Both the position numbers and the translations under genes were made by a program. This document shows positions 48,762 through 55,614 of a DNA stretch of 55,614 nt, one piece after another. Origin of the DNA: Proteromonas lacertae (lineage: Eukaryota); contig NGBS01001201.1 in the NCBI GenBank assembly GCA_002245135.1, positions 1 to 55,614 on the forward strand, in the 5' to 3' direction. Positions within the stretch are counted from its first letter, which is position 1. Each line of letters starts with the position of its first letter. Below the pieces are notes generated by a model. The model was not told the DNA's origin. It saw nothing but the letters and a program-made list of their open reading frames with translations, and did no database searches.

Positions 48762-50974
48762 ATGAGTTTTAAGAAATACGTATTGATATTACATCCAATT
48801 TAATAGGAAAATACAATCAACCAATTACAAACTGATCTATCAGGAGTAGATAGCATTGGCGATGTAAAACAGAAAGTATTCTTCTTTTTCACACTCTTTT
48901 TGCTAGTTTGAGAAAATATCAAAAATAAAAAAAGAAATAGAAGAGATTTCAGAAAAGATGGAACAGTTCAAAAAGAAGGCAGAAGAAACAGATCCAGATA
49001 GAGTTATATATGGTCCAGCAACAAGTGAAAAGATTTTAAATTATTATAGAACATATAAAGAACTGGAATCAAATTGTGAAGAGAAATATCCAGCAATAAA
49101 TCAAGCACATGAGGAATTATTACAGAAAGAAGCTGAAGAATTAAAAGAAAAGAAAAGATTAGAAGAGGAAGAAAGATTAAGAAAACAGAAAGAGCAAGAA
49201 GAGCTGGAAAGAAAACTGTATTATTGATAATTTATTAATTATTCACATATAGAGCTGAAGAGAAAGCAGAAGCAGAAAGACAACGTCAATTAGAACTTCA
49301 AAAAGCCAAAGAGGAGGAAGAAAGAAAGAAGAAAGAAGAAGAAGAGAGAAAAAAACAACAATTAGAGTTAAAGAGAAAGGAAGAAGAAGAAAAGACAAAA
49401 TTATTACAACAGAAACTAGAAGCAGAAAAATTAAAGAAACAAAAAGAAGCAGAATTGAAATTAAAAGAAGAAGAGTATTATATCCAAGAATATATAAAGA
49501 AATATCCAATTCAATATACTGATAATTACATTCCAGATAGTCATATTCCTCCATTACCCTTATATGGTGAAAAAGAAGTTACAGAATCTGAATTTAATGA
49601 AATATTGTATAAGAATAAATCGAAATTGATTGTTATTGATTGGTTTATGACTACTTGCCCACCTTGCAGGTATATATAATTATTTATTGTATTGCATAGA
49701 ATGATTGCTCCATTTTTTGAGTCTTTAGCTATCTCTCATCCAAGATCAGTTTTTCTCAAAGCAAATGGACCAGAACAAAGAATATGGTCAGCCAGTCAAG
49801 GTATCTACAGTTTCCCCACTTTTCAATTCTATTTGAATGGTGTAAAAGTAGATCAATTCAGTGGTGCTGATCAAAGGAAATTACAAGAATTAGTTGATAA
49901 ATATGAAGGTCAATTGACAAGAATTTATATTGATAATATATTGAATAGTGCTGTAGAAGGCTTAGATAAATCGAAGATGGCAGTGAAAGATGAAGATAAG
50001 AAGCTAACAATACCTGAAGCCTATGAAAAGTTTAAGAATAGATGTTCATCTGTTGCATTTTCTACTGCAATCAATGTATATATATTTATATATGTTTTTC
50101 ATTATTATTATTATTATTACTATATAGACATTAAAGAAGTTATTAACAAATATAATGAATCATCCAAATGATCCTAAATTCAGAACAATTAAAAAGACAA
50201 ATCAAGCATTTATTAACAAAGTATCCTCTTTACCAGGTTCAGTTCCACTAATCCACTCTGTTGGATTTAAAGATACGATAGAAGAAGAATTAGAATGTTT
50301 TACATTTGATGATAAAATGATTGGTACAATTGCAGAAACATTATCAATATTAGATGGTAATAAACCATCTCAAAGACCAGCTACTAATACTCAACAACAA
50401 CAACAACAACAACAACAACCATTTGGTGGATTTCCTGGAATGGGAGGAATGGCTAATAATCCATTATTAAACAACCCAAATCTAATGAATGCTGCTCAAA
50501 GTATGATGCAGAATCCACGTATATAATAATAATAATTATTATTATATAGAAATGATGCAAATGGCTCAACAAATGATGAGTGGTGGTGCTGGTGGTGCTG
50601 GTGATATAGCATCAATGATGAATAACCCTCAAATGATGCAGATGGCACAGCAGATGATGCAAGATCCACAAATGATGCAGATGGCTCAACAAATGATGAA
50701 TAATCCACAGATGATGCAGCAAATGATGAATAGTATGGGAGGAATGGGAGGTTTAGGTGGAATGGGAAGTGGATTTGGTAATGCTTACGGTGGATATACT
50801 CAACCACCACCTACATCATCATCAACAGCTGGTGCAGGTAAGAAATTGTCAGAAATGACTGAAGAAGAATTGATGCAAGAAGCTATGAGATTATCAGAGT
50901 TAGAAAGTGAAGAATATAAGAGAAAAGAAGAAGAAGAAAAGAAAAAGAAAGAACAAAAACCACCTCCACAATAA
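48762..50974 (+). CDS. Coiled coil + thioredoxin (CPPC) + PUB + STI1 repeats + UIM protein, about 6 introns
   Basis: IDWFMTTCPPCR|MIAP; NIMNHPNDPKFRTIKKTN..F; (MMNNPQMMQMAQQ)n; MTEEELMQEAMRLS. Confidence 0.8.
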
Positions 50975-51095
50975 TTAACAGAAATCTTAAAATTTTCATT
51001 TCTTTATTATATTTATAGTTTTATTTTACATTATTAAAAGAAAAATATATATAGTCAAATAGATGTAGAATATGTTATATAATAATAATAATAAT

Positions 51096-51964
51096 CTAAT
51101 TACTATCACTTCCTTGAGCACTTCCTACAATCTGTAATATATACATAAATATATTAATAATATCCAAGTATAAGTTCAATGTAGCAAACACATAATCGTC
51201 TGGACCATAGGTAAATTGTTTATCTCCAATCATTAATGCTTGAGTATCATATACAATATATGCACTGAATAACAAAGCTCCTATTAATGCATACAAAGTG
51301 ACTGTAAATGGAGTAGCAAAAAACCATAACATCATTCCAGACAACATTAACCCCCAACAAGCTACAAACAAATACATTCCATATCCTGTGATATCTATTG
51401 GTGCATAGAAAGCCACTGCAGTTAAACCAACTACTATTCCAGTGGTTAAACCTATTGCTAATAATATAGCTTGAACATTGTAGAATGAAGTAAAGAAAGC
51501 TATTGAAATAGAGAAGCAGATTGTCTAATAGTGTATTATAATAACTTATACAAATGCACCGAGAATGATTAAGTTTGTAGGATACTTATGAGCATCTATA
51601 TATATTGATATATGCAAAATTTATAAAAATACACTCTCTTGAACACATTAATACACATAACAACACAAATGCTAATATATATGATACATAAACAAATGCA
51701 GGGTTTGATTGAATTGTTGCTCTAATAGTATCATATCTATAGAAATGTAAAAGGAAAAATAATATACGAGCAGGCATAACACATAATAAATGTCACAATA
51801 AGTTGACTTGTGACTAAACCATAAACCTTTTCTATTTATGTATAAAAAGACTAAATATACTTATAAAACCCTTCTGTGGGCTTAATTTCTTGTTGGTATT
51901 AAGGCCTTGATAATCCTAAAACAATTAAAAAATATTATTAACATACTACAGTTGTTGGAATCAT
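51096..51964 (-). CDS. Bax inhibitor-1 / Lifeguard (TMBIM) family membrane protein, paralogue 1
   Basis: GFI|KKVYGLV..QL; YIVYDTQ; PDDYVFATLNLYLDIINIF. Confidence 0.88.
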
Positions 51965-52313
51965 GTAACTGAAATTAGAAGAATATTTTGTCATAAAAGA
52001 ATCTAAATATAGTCGTTGCAGTTGTATGTTTTTTAGAAAATTCTTTTATTCTGTTCATTTCTAATGAGATCTAGGAATTGTATTCTATTTTGTCTATATT
52101 CTTTCCACCTTTTAATGGAATAATAACCACAGATGAGAATCAATGATCAAATGCATTCAAGAATATGGTAAATGTATCATCATCATATCTATCAACAATT
52201 AAAAACATACTATTTCTATCTAGATAAACGTAAAACTTGAATTTTTATAATGAGGCTAAATTATTGTAGCATTCTTATTTAATTGCTGAATTTATTTTTA
52301 AATAACAATAAAT

Positions 52314-53240
52314 ATGGATTCAGACTTACTTGTATTGTTTTATATGTATATATTAGGGAAATGATTCGAAAATGGGTGGATCTATGGGAAAATTAGATCC
52401 TATGAGAGGTTTGTTAGTATTTTGAATCATTTATGTGACTAGAGAAGGTTTATGCCATTGTAGCTTTACAATTATCTTGCACAGCTGTTATATGTATGCT
52501 TTTCTTGTATATGTGGTTCATTTTTATTATTTGTCTTAGAACAGGTCCAATTGTTAAATTCACTCAAGGAAATGATTGGTTAGGATATTTGGCTATGGTA
52601 GTTGCTGTTATTTTATTATGCGTTTTAGTTTGTATTAAATCAGGTAATCTATTATATCATTATGTGTTTTATATAGTTGCTCATACATATCCGATAAATA
52701 TAATAGTGTTAGGAACATTTGTATAATGTATTCAATAATTAATTCATATAGACTTTTTTCTTTTCAATAGCTGTTGCTACAGTTACTTCCATATATGAAG
52801 AAAGTGCAATTATGATGGCCTTTCTTGCTACAGCAGTAATCGTAGTAGGATTAACCTTAGCAGCGTGGTTTGTATAATTACATTATGATTTATTTCGTTT
52901 ATAGTTACCTTGTGACTTTACTAGTTGTGGTGCATTTCTGTTAGCACTTATGCTTGGAATAGTGTGTATTGGAATATTAAGTATATTCTTCTATTCTCAG
53001 TTTCTGAACATTATTTATTCCTGTCTTGGAGCTATGCTAATGTCAATGTACATCATATTTGATACTCAAGTATATATACATATCGATTATTTTTTCAATT
53101 AGATCTTGATGATTGGTAGGAAAGAGAATACACTTGGACCAGATGATTATATTCTTGGAGCTTTGAATTTATATTTAGATGTAATTAATTTATTCTTATA
53201 TATACTTCGATTAATCGGAGAAACACGAAATAGAGATTAA
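52314..53240 (+). CDS. BI-1/Lifeguard family protein, paralogue 2
   Basis: YPINIIVLG, YIIFDTQ, PDDYILGALNLYLDVINLF; about 7 introns; apparent 1-nt deletion in a T run near 52411. Confidence 0.85.
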
Positions 53241-54772
53241 CAGTTAAAATCCTTCTTTTTATTAATGCGTTTGTTTTAAATATTACTAAAAATAATTCTG
53301 CAGCTTATTATGCAAAAAAATATTTCAAAATAGAAAACAGTAAAGTAGTAGATAATTTTTGTGATGATGAGATTAAACCAAGTGAGAAAACTATTGTTTG
53401 CATTATTTATGATGAAGTATTATAAAAGTAATAAAACAATGAAAAAAAGAATGATATTTAAGATAATAATTGATTATAATGATCATTCTTCATTTATAGA
53501 AGGTATAAATTAATTCTTAAAAATGTTGAAACTAATTGTTCTACGTTGCAGTTATAAACTTAACCTTAACCTTCTAAACTGGATTTTTAACTAGATTTTA
53601 AATGTCTCTTTATCTATTGATTTTTATATCATAAATCTATAGCTACTTTATAGGTAATAAACAACATTTTAATTTTATGCTGATCAAATAACTTTTTCAT
53701 AATTAAAAATCGAAAAAACAAAAATAGAATGATTTCATTTTCTTCATTTAGATCTTTCTCGCTAATTAGAGCAAATGATGGTGTATTTATATACAACAAT
53801 ATATGTAAATTAGAATATTTAAAAAAAATACTTGTTTTATTTTTCAAATAAGCCAATCAAATTAGTCATAAAGTGATTACTTCGTCAAATGACATCGTTA
53901 CTAAACAAGGTTATGAACTCTATATTAACATCATATACTACAGTATATGAATTGATTTATATGCAATAGATAAAAGAAAGTGCAGAAAAGAGTGAGAAAG
54001 AAGTTGATTTTGTAATACAGCATAAAAATAAAATAAAAGAAAAAAACTATTTAAAATATTATGAAAACTTGTTATTGTTACATTGTTGTTCTCCAGCAAT
54101 TTTCCAACACAAGTGTATTCAATTAATAAACAAAGTCAATATATGGTAATATCACGACAACACTATGATACTGGACTAAGAAGAGGTTATTCAAAGAAAA
54201 TTCTTGTCAAGAAGTGATATTTGTTATATGATATGTTCAATATGTGGGTTTATGTTGCTCTACTTACATTGTGCTTTAATTCTACTTCTAAAGATGTCAT
54301 ATTGTCATCCTCCATCTCAAATAAAATTTACTCTTTCTCTGGTAATGTTCTTTGTTAGTATTTTCGTTTAGTAGGGGAGTTTGACATTTTTGATAAAGGA
54401 TGTTATTTCAGTTGATTTAATAAGATCGTACAATAAGATCGCTCAATATAAACAAAATAGAAAATAAAAATAACATAAGCAGCTGTTAGATATTCAATTA
54501 ATCTTTTTTTTTCTTTATCTCCTATATATAGACTAAAAGCATTACCACTAAACTAATTCAATCATAAAATATCACATTATATCACAAAAAGATTAGCAGA
54601 GTAAAATACATCAGCATAGTAAATAGTATTACTATAAAAGGCTATGAGCTAAAAAATCTGTTGATATAGGCTATAAAACAACGAATTATCGGGTTATGAT
54701 TGTATAATTATAAAATACACAAAATTTGTATTTTTTCTTAACCCCAATTATTTCTTCTTTGTTTTTGTCAAA

Positions 54773-55614
54773 ATGAATCAATATGGGAATCAGGTACCTC
54801 CTCCTGGAGCAGTACCTATGATGGTAGTACAGAATCCAGATGGTACATCTTATCTAGTCCCACTTGATCAAAATGGGTTATGCTCAACCTCAATATGCCC
54901 AACAGCCTGTATACGTACAACAACAACCAGGTTATGCCACTCAAGAAACAGTATCAACAGCCACAATATCAACAAGTGGATTTCAGCCTGGAGGTTATGT
55001 GCAACCTTCTGGACCTGTTCCTAGTGCTAGTTACGCACAGCCAACAGTTGTACCTCAAGCACAACCTGTAGTTGAACCAGTAGTAAGTGCAGAAATTGAA
55101 ACAGAAGTATTTACAGTAGATAATATTTGTTAGGAACCAGGTAAAAAGAATAATTTATATAGAGGATTAAGCAAATTAGATCCAGCTCGTGGTTTCATTA
55201 GTATATTCATAAATGAACTCATTTTATCATTATAGAAAAGGTTTATGCTTTAGTGTTCTTCCAGTTAGCTATAACAACAGTGATATGTAGTTTATTCTTT
55301 ATCAAAGTAATAAAAAGATTGGGTTTATGAACATGTTTGGGTAACTTATGCTGCTTATATCATTGCATTTGCCATACTGTGTGTTTTAGTATGTTGTAGA
55401 AAACGTATTAATTATTATTTTTATTATTATATATATAGAAGCTCAATCATATCCCACAAATCTGATATTACTATGTGCATTTACATTCTTCTTCTCAATC
55501 GCTATAGGATTAATAATATCATTTTATGATGTATCAGCTGTAGCAATGGCAATAGGTGCTACTGCGATTGTTGTGTTGGGATTATCATTAGCAGCTTGGT
55601 TTGTATATATTATA
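54773..55614 (+). CDS. BI-1/Lifeguard family protein, paralogue 3, with Q/P/Y-rich N-terminal extension (runs off the window)
   Basis: PARGFI|KKVYALVFFQL, SYPTNLILL; +1 breaks near 54877 and 55312-55316. Confidence 0.8.

Noticed and set aside
50550..50735. Spaced repeats resembling a CRISPR array
   Set aside because: They are in-frame codon repeats of STI1 Met/Gln motifs in a eukaryotic gene, with no unique spacers or cas genes.
53559..53573. TTAACCTTAACCTT as a telomere-like repeat
   Set aside because: Only two units, so consistent with chance in AT-rich DNA.
53629..53856. 75-aa minus-strand ORF
   Set aside because: No ATG start, AT-driven composition and no recognisable motif.
8590..55330. 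Euplotes-style programmed +1 frameshifting at stop codons (AAA-TAG at 34221-34226, TTT-TGA near 8792)
   Set aside because: The break near 54877 has no nearby stop, breaks go in both directions, and all coincide with homopolymers. Indel error is simpler.

Overview
Very AT-rich, gene-dense eukaryotic nuclear DNA. Genes are broken by tiny GT-AG introns (22-55 nt, mostly about 28-33 nt, donors mainly GTAT), so most listed ORFs are exons. Tiny introns, intergenic spacers as short as about 60 nt and TGTTTGTT motifs just downstream of several stop codons suggest Blastocystis or a related opalinate stramenopile (inference). About 21 genes or pseudogenes can be reconstructed. Conserved genes: RWDD2-like, NEK kinase, ion-channel-type adenylyl cyclase, STPG2-like SHIPPO-repeat protein, soluble ADCY10-type cyclase, kinesin-1, acetyl-CoA transporter, Ca-binding mitochondrial carrier, Sin3, bZIP, thioredoxin-PUB-STI1-UIM protein and three BI-1/LFG paralogues. 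Interspersed are two fast-turnover families: a BTB-Ig-SPRY-like gene (2 copies in a >=2.15 kb direct duplication) and a pseudokinase-LRR gene (2 long copies plus 2 relic fragments). There is also a ~1,900-aa PA14/Ig-repeat surface protein, a possible stand-alone EML trimerisation-domain protein and an 8TM/EF-hand/beta-repeat protein. Several single-base frame breaks sit in short homopolymers and are probably assembly errors. No RNA genes, CRISPR arrays or recognisable transposases were seen. All domain calls are by eye from motifs; no searches were run.
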